A DNA stretch of 64,000 nt from NCBI RefSeq assembly GCF_006345805.1, contig NC_043011.1, positions 28,346,464 through 28,410,463 on the forward strand. The letters are read 5' to 3'. The notes below the pieces were generated by a model. That model did no database searches. It had not been told where the DNA came from and saw only the letters and a program-made list of their open reading frames with translations. The position numbers were made by a program, and so were the translations under genes. Origin of the DNA: Octopus sinensis (taxonomy: Eukaryota). The stretch's first letter is position 1; the number at the start of each line of letters is the position of its first letter. Shown piece after piece: positions 1 to 11,308 of the stretch.

Positions 1-593
1 ATATGAATATAACATATATATTTTCCAAATAAATTTGATGTTTTAGTATCATTTTAACGTACAATAGTAGCTAAGTTTTAAGCGATAAATTTCTGATCAC
101 ATGATCTCTGCATCTTTCAAAGTAGTTTACATCTGAAAATTCCTAAACATAGTCCTCAAATAACTCATGACTAGAAAATACTTATTTTTCCTGAAGAGAT
201 CTAACACTATACCGCACTTTACATCTTTAGAAGTTACAATATTTGATCATTATAAAATACTGTTATATTGAAACATATGTGGAATATCTTTTTAGATATT
301 TTGAGGTTATTTTGTTGATGCAGTCCCTTTTAGACTTGTTCTGGTTTCTTTCTTATATGTATATCTTTTAATCTAATTTACATTAATTTTCCAATCGTAA
401 TACAAATAAAGTGAACCAAGCATCTTTTTAATTTTTCTTCCCCATTTTCTTTTAATGACTTTTTAATTTTATGAGACTATTTATACATATATATATTGAG
501 GAACCTTCTATCAATATATTTGGTTCAACCTAGTCGGCATCCGATAGTTTTTAACAATCCCTTACGTGATTATTGTTTCCTCAAATTCTGAAC

Positions 594-677
<84 letters not shown>

Positions 678-871
678 TATATATAATAATAATAATAAAT
701 ATTAGGGAATAAATCCAAATTTACAGGGAAAAAAATCAGATTTAGGATTAAATCCAATTTTATAGTAAAATATTACATAATATTAATTAGAGACAAAACC
801 ACTATTTTGCAAAACAAACAAGGAAAGACTTAATCAATGCATAAAATTTTAATAAAAAGTAAAAAAAACCG

Positions 872-914
872 CCACTACAATTGTTTCATGTCTTCAATGA
901 CAATCTTCAGGTGG
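872..914 (-). ncRNA. Minimal type I hammerhead ribozyme (PLE-type)
   Basis: Reverse complement reads ccac-CTGAAGA-t-tgtc-attgaa-gaca-t-GAAA-c-aatt-g-TA-gtgg. Stem I ccac/gtgg, stem II tgtc/gaca, palindromic stem III ACAATTGT, GUA cleavage triplet. Confidence 0.8.
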
Positions 915-2476
915 ATGTATATGTTTATTTATCTGTATGGGTGTGGGAGTGAATTTTGGTGTATATATTGAGGTTTATACGTATGTATAGGTATGTGTGA
1001 GTGGGGTGGGTATTTGTATATGTTGTGGGTGTGTGGTTTACGTGTGTGTATTTGTGTGTGAATGTATAGGTTAGGGGATTGCTATATAGGTATGTTATAG
1101 TGTTTAGTAAAGGGAGGTTTTATCATTATATGTATTTATGAGTTTTCGTTTATCATGGTAGTTTTATTAAAGAATTTGTAGTAATTTCTGTATATTTAAG
1201 ATGTTTGATATTTTATTACATTATTCCATTCATAATTTTTAAGTAATGTTCGTTTACCACGTGCAAGGAATTTTTAATTCCATATATTCCATTCATAATT
1301 TTAAATGACGTTCGTTTACATAGCGCGAAGACTTTTTATACATATGTTAGGTTCCTATGGTAACGTACTTTTGTTTGACGTTATAACGGCTAGAGTTTAA
1401 TTTCACTTCATAAATTGAAACTGATTTGAAAGTATGTATATACTTTTTTCTCCTTATGTTAATCTTGTTACTTATGATATTCTGGTTAATTATGGAGTAT
1501 TTTCTATATCGTATTATGTGTAGTAATGTTGTTTTTCTTTTGAGTGTTTATGTATGTGTGAATGTGTGTGTGTGTGCATATTTTGGTTGTGTAATTTATT
1601 TATCTGTATGAGTGTGGGTGTGAACATATTGTTGTATATATCGAGTTTAGTACGTATGTATATGTATATGTGAGGGGGTATACGTATATGTTGTGTGTGT
1701 GTGTTTTACGTATGTGTATTTGTGTGTGAATGTATATATGGAGATTGTTATATAGGTATTATTGTGTATGGTTAAAGGGAGTTTTATCATTATATGTATC
1801 TATGGGTTTCATTTATCATGTTGGTTTATTAATGATTTGGAGTAAATTCTGTATATTTACGTTGATTATATATTATTCCATTCATAATTTTTAAAAATAC
1901 GTTCGATCACCACGTGTAAAGAATTGTTTATTTTTCTTTTGAGTGTTTATGTATGTGTGAATGTGTGTGTGTGTGTGTGTGTGATTGTTTGCGTAATTTA
2001 TTTATCTGTATAGATGTGGGTGTGAATATATTGGTGTATATATCGAGTTCTGTATGTATGTATATGTATGTGTGAGCGGGTATATGTATATTGTTTATGT
2101 ATGTGGGTTGTATGTATGTGTGAGGGAGTATGAATAAGTAATATGTTGAAGTATTTGGCTATTTTATTTATTTATCGTTGCCTAGACGTTTTTATGTGTA
2201 TGTATAGGGAAATATATATAGGTGTGTGAGTTAGTGTATGTATTTAGATATGGTTATATATACTTAGTTATAAGTGTATGCGTATGTGTGTATATATAGT
2301 TTATTTATCTTTTTGTTTTATATTTAATTGTTGATAGGGTTTATTTTAGATTATTATATATTGATTATATATGGACTATATATAGGTTATATATAGATTA
2401 TATATTTATATTGTTTTATTATTTTAAAATTATTTTAAACTTATATTTTAATATATTGATATTTTAGATCGTAAAT

Positions 2477-2519
2477 CCACCTGAAGATTGTCATTGAAGA
2501 CATGAAACAATTGTAGTGG
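2477..2519 (+). ncRNA. Minimal type I hammerhead ribozyme (PLE-type)
   Basis: ccac CTGAAGA t tgtc attgaa gaca t GAAA c aatt g TA gtgg; identical to the minus-strand copy at 872-914. Confidence 0.8.
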
Positions 2520-2612
2520 CGTTTTTTTTTTACTTTTTATTAAAATTTTATGTATTGATTAAGTCTTTTCTTGTTTGTTTTGCAAAATAGTGGTTTTGTC
2601 TCTAATTAATAT

Positions 2613-2646
<34 letters not shown>

Positions 2647-2676
2647 ATTATATATATATACATGTGTGTGTGTGTG

Positions 2677-2735
<59 letters not shown>

Positions 2736-2777
2736 TCAAACACAGACACTCATCAGTTCCGTCAAATTTGTTTGTGC

Positions 2778-2828
<51 letters not shown>

Positions 2829-2831
<3 letters not shown>

Positions 2832-4450
2832 TTGCGGCCAAAATGTTCAGAACGGCATTGTTTTCGTCAGAAAAGTAGATATAGTTTTTTATCAAAGTTG
2901 TTTTATATTCTATAATTTTCACAGACAATAAATACAATATTATTTGTTATTGCCTGAGATTTTAGTGTAATTTGAGAGGATAATACAAAAGTTATGGATG
3001 ATTTAGTGATTTACTGCAAAACCCATGGCGGCCAAAATGATCACAGAACGGTTGCTTTTACTCCGTGTTTTAGTATATTTAACCGTCGAACCCTAATGTT
3101 TTGAATTTGTTTACGTGACGGTTCGTTTACTAAACATTAGTAAGAATATTTGCAGTGTACATTGTTAATATAATGCCACTTATTCCGTTACCAATTCGTC
3201 AGCAGATTATTAAGCTTCGAAGGAAGGATAATTTAAGTATTGGATCTATTGCAAAGATTGTTAACAAGTCAAAAAGTGTTGTACACGGTATTCTTAAGGT
3301 CTACGATGATTGTGGTTCGTGTGAAGCAAGAAAGTCTACAGGTAGGCCAAGAAAAACGACCAAGAGAGAAGATCGTGCTATGGTAAAGTTGGTTAAAAAG
3401 GACAGATTTAAAACTGCTGCTGCTGTTTCTCGGAAAATGAGCATTGTATTGAAGAAAACTTTATCTCGAAAAACTGTGTCTCGTCGTTTAGTTGAACATG
3501 ACCTACAAGCAAGAGTACCTGCAGTGAAGCTACTGATCAGCTCCAAGAATAAAAAGTGTCGTCTTACCTTTGCAACCGAACATGTGTTGTAGTCTTAAGA
3601 AAAATGGCAAACGGTGCATTTCAGTGATGAATCTAAGTTTATGCTATTTGGCTCAGATGGGAAAAGTAGTAAAGTAGGTGAAAAATTGTTGCCTAAACGC
3701 CTTAAGACTAGTGTTAAATTCGGTGGAGGAAGTGTCATGGTTTGGGGAATGATATCTGGAGATGGTGTGGGCCCTTTGGTGCGATTACATGGAAAGTTAA
3801 ATGCAGGAGTTTATAAACAACTTGTAAAATATCATGTATTGCCTGTGCTGAGAAATTCAACTAAGCGACCACCCATATTCATGCAGGACAATGCCCCATG
3901 TCACAAGGCTAAGGTGGTCATGAACTTCCTCAAGGCTGAAAAGGTTATTGTTATGGATTGGCCAGCTCAAAGCCCAGATCTCAATCCTATTGAAAATGTG
4001 TGGAATATTCTAGGAGAACGTTCGAAAGCCAGAAATCCTAAAAGAACTGAGCAATTATGGAATGCCCTTCAGGAAGAATGGAATAAGATCACCAAGCAAG
4101 AAATTGAAACTTTAATTTCCTCATGCAGTCGAAGATGTCAGAGTGTGATTGAAGCTAAAGGGCTTCACACTAAATATTAAATAATTCCAGTATTCTCTGT
4201 CATTTTTTATTATTTTGTTATTTTTTCAACCGTTCTGATCATTTTGGCCGCCATGGGTTTTGCAGTAAATCACTAAATCATCCATAACTTTTGTATTATC
4301 CACTCAAATTACACCAAAATCTCAGACAATAACAATTAATATTGTATTTATTGTCTCTGAAAATTATAGCTTATAAAACAACTTTAATAAAAACTCATAC
4401 CTACTTTTCTGACGAAAACAATGCCGTTCTGAACATTTTGGCTGCAACTG
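2829..4450 (+). mobile_element. Full-length Tc1-family DNA transposon, IR-DR type
   Basis: TA|CAGTTG...CAACTG|TA ends. ~225-bp TIRs (2829-3054, 4227-4450), each with outer and inner direct repeats GCGGCCAAAATG(T/A)TC..AGAACGG. Inserted in (TA)n. Confidence 0.95.
3173..4180 (+). pseudogene. Tc1 transposase (DD34E) with two in-frame stops
   Basis: MPLIPL..., paired-like HTH, GRPRK, then HVL*S*EKWQTVHFSDESKF (TAG 3590-3592, TAA 3596-3598), VMVWG, QDNAPCH and SPDLNPIE with 34 residues between D and E. Single frame throughout. Confidence 0.93.
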
Positions 4451-4454
4451 TATG

Positions 4455-4544
<90 letters not shown>

Positions 4545-4738
4545 TACTAGAACTAACGAGCGATTAAACTATAAGCATCTATAAGTGCGTAATCCTGCTT
4601 GTGGTTGTGAGTGTATACGACTGAGTGTGTTGATGTGTATCAGAGCATACACATGTATGTATATCTGGGTGTCGGATTGCGTGTGTATGTATGTGTGTGG
4701 GTGTATGTTTGTGTGTGAGAGAGAGAGAGAGATAGAAC

Positions 4739-4770
<32 letters not shown>

Positions 4771-4939
4771 GAGAGTCGTACAGATGTACAGGCATACAAA
4801 AAGTCACGCATTGAATTCCAAATAAACTATTAATGACTTGCGTCAGCAAATAGCAAGTGCCCTTGTATAATCTTAGTATATAATTATACGTTGCGCGCGA
4901 ATCTACACATCAGAATAATTGCGTTGCTTTTATATATAC

Positions 4940-4998
<59 letters not shown>

Positions 4999-5145
4999 TA
5001 TACATATATTTGTTTATATACATACATACATTATATATACAAATAAATAAATATATATATATATATACATATAAACGTAATAATCCCTACTCACAGGTTC
5101 GCGGCAACAGGTAATTATATACTAAGCTTACACAATTGTATTTGG

Positions 5146-5184
<39 letters not shown>

Positions 5185-5189
5185 GCACG

Positions 5190-5221
<32 letters not shown>

Positions 5222-5239
5222 ATATATATATATATATAT

Positions 5240-5920
5240 GTATAAATTATTAGACAGAGCGAGTTAACAAAGCCAAGTTTGTGAGATTTTAAGACATTTA
5301 TAGTGAAATAGTCTTACAGTTGTTTCTGGGATATAGTATGGATATCCCTTCATCAGAGACGGCGTGAGAAAATATTTGAGTTCGAAATATTGTGGAAGAG
5401 GAGGAGATACGGAATATAGAGGGAAATAAGACAATGAAAGTAGAAATAAGATATATGATGATATTGTAGTTGCAGTCCCATTATTCGAGGAAAATGGTGT
5501 ATAGAAGTGGTAAAAAAGTTTCCTGTACCTGGTATGTAAGTTCCAATGGCAGTTCATGTTTAGTCATTGCAAGGTATGGAGCTGTAGAATCAGTGTTGCT
5601 GTTGCTCGTTCGAAAGGTTTTTGTGGTGCGAATGAAAATCTGAGAATGTAATGGGAGTATTTGTGGATAGATGGGGGGAGGAGATAAATATATATATGAT
5701 TAGAAAGAGGAGATAGGTCAAATTTAAAACAGGATGAGAAAAGGTAAGGAAGAACGAGAGGAAAAAAAGGAGAGAAAGAAAAATCAGTAAGTGAAAAGAG
5801 TGAAGAAAAAGGTGAGAAAAGGAGTGCTTGATGGTGGTCAAGATAATGTGATGGAAGGAAGGGAGAGGTGTGGCGGACAGACAGGAATAGATGAGACGAT
5901 AAGGAGTAAAAGAATGTGAG
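5240..5920 (-). mobile_element. Penelope-like element 3' end (pyrimidine-rich body plus HHR tail)
   Basis: Contains the HHR at 5311-5360, followed on the minus strand by a ~70-nt tail running into (TA)n. The other boundary is uncertain. Confidence 0.5.
5311..5360 (-). ncRNA. Minimal type I hammerhead ribozyme
   Basis: Reverse complement: gtct CTGATGA a gggatat ccatact atatccc a GAAA c aact g TA agac. Stem I 4 bp, stem II 7 bp, near-palindromic stem III ACAACTGT, GUA. Confidence 0.8.
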
Positions 5921-5923
5921 ATA

Positions 5924-6580
5924 TTGGGTTGGAAACCTAAGTTCCCGCCGTTTTCATAATATAATTTTTTTAAAGGTTTAATAAAAAAAAGTAACAACTA
6001 ATTAATGAATAATGTATTCACCTTTGTTGTTTACAACTTCTTCCCAACGTTTAGCAAGATTTTCAATACCATGTTGGTAGAAATCACCCGATTTCAACTC
6101 GTAAATTGATCCAACTAAGCTCTCGATTCTGCATCAGTATACAACGAAACTCCGCGCATAGCATTTGAAAGAGATCGAAAGAGGTGGAAATCCGTTGGTG
6201 CCAAATCAGGAGAGTACGACGGATGTAGCAGCACTTCCCAGCCATGCGTCTGAATGGCTTCCTTGGTCATATTGGCGACATGAGGGCGGGCGTTGTCGTG
6301 CAGCAGAAGAACTCCATTATGTCCTTTCTCTTCAATAGCCGTGTTGAGTCGTTCCATCTGTTGAACATAGAGTTTTGCGTTGACATTTTGGCTTCGTTCA
6401 AGCAATTCGTAATGGATAATCCCTTCCCATTCCCACCATACGGATGAAGATCTTGTTTCACGCGCAGTGTCGCTTGTTTACCTGGACTAAGCCATTCCTT
6501 ACGCTGCGTCATATTGATGTACAGGCAGCATTTTCCGTCGCCAGTACTGATTTGGTAATGGAATTGTTGCTTGAGTTGAG
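5924..6580 (-). mobile_element. 5'-truncated mariner element (DD34D transposase relic)
   Basis: TA|TTGGGTTGGAAACCTAAGTT TIR at 5924. Minus-strand translations ISTGDGKCCLYINMTQRKEWLSPG and LLHDNARPH-x-YSPDLAPTDFHLFRSL (34 residues D to D), frameshifted. Confidence 0.9.
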
Positions 6581-6729
6581 GTATCGAAAATGCTCGATGC
6601 ATATGCACATATGTGCGCACAGGTGCACACGCATTTACATTTACATGCATGCGCACATACAGGTACTTACGTATACATATATACACGTATACACACTTAT
6701 TAATATATATTAGTATATATATATATATA

Positions 6730-7497
6730 TAGAATGGTTGTATATTGTCAATCTAACAAGAACGTGAGAGTAGGGGGTACACCACCGCTGTATACCATAG
6801 AAAAAAGCGTCAACTACATTTTAGGTGCTTAGAGGTAATGCTATCTATAGTTTTGGAAAATTGAGGGGGCGCATGATCCGTTGTTGTTAATTGTTTTAGT
6901 TGTTTTAGCTTTTGACCTAGTGTTATTTGTGTACGTGTGGGGTCTAGGTTGTCCTTCCAAAGTTCTAGCAAAGTGTATATGAGGTCTGTTGTGATTGTGA
7001 TGGTTGGTGTGTCGTTGTGATGTAATTTGAGATATATGTTGCTTGAGCCTGATGTTAGGGATGTATTTTATTTGTTGGGAGACGCCGCTGGCAGCGAGCG
7101 CTTGGTTTTAATATGGTGCGTGGTTATTGAATATTTCCTCAGTGGAAGAGTGGTCGGATATACGGATCCAGTACCCTTGACTATGTTATCAGACGTGGAT
7201 TTTTGGTGATTGGAATGAATGTTTAGGTATTTAAGGCATTCGTTAGGTTTGTGGTAAGGGGAGTATTGGTAGATTTCTAAGTTTAAAGTTACGTTTAAAA
7301 AGTTAGTAGTTGTGGGAGAATTTTCAAACGCAATAGACAGGTTTAGGCTACAGAAAAAATTGTGTAGATCTTTCCTAGCTCATTCTAAAGAAGATTTATT
7401 TAAGCTCTCGGTAACTAGCAAGGCGTTATCTCTGTAGAGGCCGCCCTTGAGGTTAGGGGAATGTATTTGAGCTGGTGGAGTATGTATAGTCCAACGT
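6730..7497 (-). mobile_element. Penelope-like element RT/thumb relic
   Basis: Minus translation [66 protein letters not shown] matches the PLE GLYRDD core and thumb; stops and frameshifts present. Confidence 0.8.
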
Positions 7498-7526
7498 GTA
7501 TGTATGTAGGTATGTATGTATGTATG

Positions 7527-7589
<63 letters not shown>

Positions 7590-8298
7590 TATAAATGCAT
7601 ACATACACACGCACACACGCACACACACATATATATATATATATCAGAAATCGTAGAAACGGTATAAAGGCATGCATCTTGTAAGTACATATCTGGCTTC
7701 GTTACAGAAGACAAAGATTCAGAACGACAGGTCTATCTTGTTTCAACATTTGTGGAAATCAGTAACTCGATTTCTTATTTATTCCTGGTAACAGAGGAAG
7801 CGAGTATCACTACATATAATCTATGTAACCTGAATGATTTTCATCTATGATTTATAATATTTAATATTTAATTCATTTTAGATCAATACTACTTCAAAAT
7901 GATAACCCGGAAGCTAACTATGATGTCTATGTTTCTCACATTGAGGATACATACACACACACACACCTATACACATAGACTCAGACACACATACACACGC
8001 AACATGCAGATAAAAGTTTATTCACTAAAGCTACTCCTATAAGGAAAACTTACGTGAACTCTTTTCTCTTTTTGTCTGCTACTTCTGTTATATATTTCAA
8101 ACTTATTTTGTGAATTTCGGAATGTATACACAAATATATTTTCTGTGAGACTCTTTTTGATTCTATGTAAAAATTAAAGCTTTTAAAAAAGAGTGTGGAT
8201 ACATTACAGCTGTTTCGTACGCATTTTTTAATTTGAGGAGTCATTATATTACATATTACATCATAATAAAAAAACGTGTTCATCATAGGATCAACATA

Positions 8299-8420
8299 CA
8301 GTAATCCCTCGACTATTGCGGGTGTTAAGTTCTAAACCCCGCGCGATAGGCGAAAATCCGCGAAGTAAAAACAGTACTGAACTCTATATTTTTATTATTT
8401 TTATAATTTGTATATATTTA
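8299..8420 (+). mobile_element. Tigger/pogo-like terminal fragment
   Basis: TA|CAGTAATCCCTCGACTATTGCGGGTGTT...CCCCGCGCGATAGGCGAAAATCCGCGAAGTA resembles pogo/Tigger termini; no partner TIR found. Confidence 0.55.
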
Positions 8421-8664
8421 TTTTATTATTTTATTAATTTCAGAGCAATAGAACAAACAATTCTCGCAGTGGGAATGCATCTATCCGTCAGCCGAAGCCC
8501 CTAGACGGTAAATACTCGTAGCAATGGATTTTCTCTGTATTCACAGCCTAAATATCTGACAAGATTACTTCAGTAAATTGATCCGATTGAAAGTGGTGCT
8601 TACAGGTTGATTAAAGCCAATCGTGTGCATACCATATAAATGGCCGATTCTCTCCAGAATCCTT

Positions 8665-8695
<31 letters not shown>

Positions 8696-9480
8696 ATTTG
8701 TGTGTTTATGTTTGCGTGTGTGTGTGTGTGCGTATGTATGTATAGTGTCTATGTTTTTCGTCTCTCTATGTGTTCGACGTCTTTTTGGAGTCCTGTACAC
8801 ATATATGCGTGTATATGTACATGTAGAGGTAGGTACGTACATATATGTTTATATATATGCATATGTTCTATTTTATTAACATATTATACGACTAAACGCA
8901 CGCACCCTATTAAGTAAGATTGTTCTGTTTATCAAGTTAGCCTTGATATTAACTCTCACGCGACTCTGCATCTTTCTTTCTTTCTTCTCTCCCATTCCCT
9001 TTTTCGTCTTTTTTCCCTCACTTAACTTGTCTCTTCTCTCTCTCTCTCATTCTTCATTCTCTCTCTCCCTTTCACCATTCTTCATGGTCTCCTCGCACCA
9101 TTCCCCTTCTTCTCTCTCTTCCTCCTCCTCCCCCATTCCCGTCGTCCATCTGCGACGATACTTCCGTCGTAACTGCTATCCTGTCTTTTCTCGCCCGCCT
9201 TCTAAGGCTACTGGTCGACATTTTTTTCTCTCTCGTCGTCCACTATAATCCAGCGTTTGCAATACTTTTTTCGTCTGGCGTTAACAGCCCTTCTTATCTT
9301 GTTCTCCTTGTCCTGTCTCTCACTGTTATATATTTATTTTTCCACTGTTTATATATATTTTTTTTACTGTTTATATGTTTGTACTGTCGTTAGCGTCTTG
9401 CTTTTTTTACCCCTCTGCGAAAAGATCTCAGAATTTTAATTGATTTGCTTTTCGCAGGAAGGAAGTTTTCTTCGAAGTAT

Positions 9481-9542
9481 ACGTCTCGCTTTTATCCTTC
9501 GAAACGTTTAGTAGATGAACCTTAGCGACTGAAGAAGGGGAT
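9481..9542 (+). ncRNA. Candidate permuted hammerhead ribozyme, copy 1
   Basis: acGTC-tcgct ttt atccttc-GAAAC-gt ...16 nt... agcga-CTGAAGA-a-ggggat. Stems I, II and III can all pair but the strand order is reversed. Confidence 0.5.
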
Positions 9543-10330
9543 TTTTCGTTGTGCTTATTGTCCTGTATCTCTTTTTTTGCTTGTCTTGTTCCTTGGTTTG
9601 TGTCTATGTTTTTCGTCTCTCTATGTGTTCGACGTCTTTTTGGAGTCCTGTACACATATATGCGTGTATATGTACATGTAGAGGTAGGTACGTACATATA
9701 TGTTTATATATATGCATATGTTCTATTTTATTAACATATTATACGACTAAACGCACGCACCCTATTAAGTAAGATTGTTCGTTTATCAAGTTAGCCTTGA
9801 TATTAACTCTCACGCGACTCTGCATCTTTCTTTCTTTCTCTCCCATTCCCTTTTTCGTCTTTTTTCCCTCACTTAACTTGTCTCTTCCTCTCTCTCTCAT
9901 TCTTCATTCTCTCTCTCCCTTTCACCATTCTTCATGGTCTCCTCGCACCATTCCCCTTCTTCTCTCTCTTCCTCCTCCTCCCCCATTCCCGTCGTCCATC
10001 TGCGACGATACTTCCGTCGTAACTGCTAATCTGTCATTTCTCGCCCGCCTTCTAAGGCTACTGGTCGACATTTTTTTCTCTCTCGTCGTCCACTATAATC
10101 CAGCGTTTGCAATACTTTTTTCGTCTGGCGTTAACAGCCCTTCTTATCTTGTTCTCCTTGTCCTGTCTCTCACTGTTATATATTTATTTTTCCACTGTTT
10201 ATATATATATTTTTTACTGTTTATATGTTTGTACTGTCGTTAGCGTCTTGCTTTTTTTACCCCTCTGCGAAAAGATCTCAGAATTTTAATTGATTTGCTT
10301 TTCGCAGGAAGGAAGTTTTCTTCGAAGTAT

Positions 10331-10393
10331 ACGTCTCGCTTTTATCCTTCGAAACGTTTAGTAGATGAAACCTTAGCGACTGAAGAAGGGGAT
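10331..10393 (+). ncRNA. Candidate permuted hammerhead ribozyme, copy 2
   Basis: Same motif as 9481-9542; differs only by a 1-nt indel in the long linker. Confidence 0.5.
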
Positions 10394-10583
10394 TTTTCGT
10401 TGTGCTTATTGTCCTGTATCTCTTTTTTTGCTTGTCTTGTTCCTTGGTTTGTGTCTATGTTTTTCGTCTCTCTATGTGTTCGACGTCTTTTTGGAGTCCT
10501 GTACACATATATGCGTGTATATGTACATGTAGAGGTAGGTACGTACATATATGTTTATATATATGCATATGTTCTATTTTATT

Positions 10584-10622
<39 letters not shown>

Positions 10623-10774
10623 TTTCAACAATTGAGGGCAAAATTAATTAATTATTAATCAATTTCACCAAGTGTTCAGTATGCAAAGGGACCATTCAAG
10701 GCGAATAAGCCCTTTTATATAATATATATATATATATATATAAATGCAATGTGTATGTATATACATGTATATAT

Positions 10775-11125
10775 TCTTACTTTTTACTTTGTTTTAGTCA
10801 TTTGAAAAGTTTTAGTCGAACAAATCGACACCAAGACTTATTTCTTAAATCTAGTATTTATTCCGTCGCTTTTCTTTTGCTGAACCGCTATCTTACGGGG
10901 ACATAAACACATGAACACTGGGTGTTAAGTGGTGATGGCTGAACATACACACAAACACACACACACACATACATACATACACATAATTGTCGGGCTTCTT
11001 TTAGTTTCTGTCAACCAAATCCACTCACAAGGATCTGGTCAGACCGAGGTTATAGTTGAATACTCTTGCCCAATATGCGATGCAGTGAGACTGAACCTGG
11101 TATCAAGTGTTTGGGTAGGAAGGTC
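10775..11125 (-). mobile_element. tRNA-derived SINE family A, degenerate
   Basis: Diverged copy of the family at 28549-28957 (ACCAAATCCACTCACAAGG and GAACCGCTA..TTACGGGGACATAAACAC blocks). Confidence 0.7.
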
Positions 11126-11221
11126 GCGATTGTGTGTGTGTGTGTGTGTATGTATGAATGCATGTATGTATGTATATGTATATATGTATATATATATATA
11201 TATGTGTATATATATATACAT

Positions 11222-11277
<56 letters not shown>

Positions 11278-11308
11278 TATATATAATTATATATAATTAT
11301 ATAAGTAG

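Larger units (their letters stand above)
701..2614. mobile_element. Non-autonomous Penelope-like element derivative with inverted pseudo-LTRs
   Basis: ~140-bp inverted repeats (~776-916 vs ~2475-2614), each containing a hammerhead motif. Interior is three diverged GT-rich direct repeats (starting ~920, ~1590, ~1990). Both ends abut (TA)n. The same terminal sequence recurs at 19645-19700 and 52575-52920. Confidence 0.7.
8745..10590 (+). repeat. ~853-bp near-identical tandem repeat (2.2 units), PLE/retrozyme-like
   Basis: Register points 8745, 9600 and 10451 (periods 855 and 851), differing by a few indels and substitutions. Ends in (TA)n, has no coding capacity, and each full unit carries hammerhead core strands. 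Confidence 0.9.

Noticed and set aside
1200-1520. Possible minus-strand GIY-YIG-like peptide (SIYEVKLN..YVTIG)
   Set aside because: Too weak; downstream R, H and E motifs not found.
4547-4935. Possible small Helitron (CTAG near 4547, TATATAAAAG near 4930)
   Set aside because: No clear 3' hairpin or 5' TC.
9409-9540. Alternative canonical type II HHR using GAAAAG (9419) and CUUU|UCGC
   Set aside because: Needs a 4-nt bulge before G12 and a UUU triplet, and competes with a perfect 10-bp hairpin. It should still be excluded by cleavage mapping.
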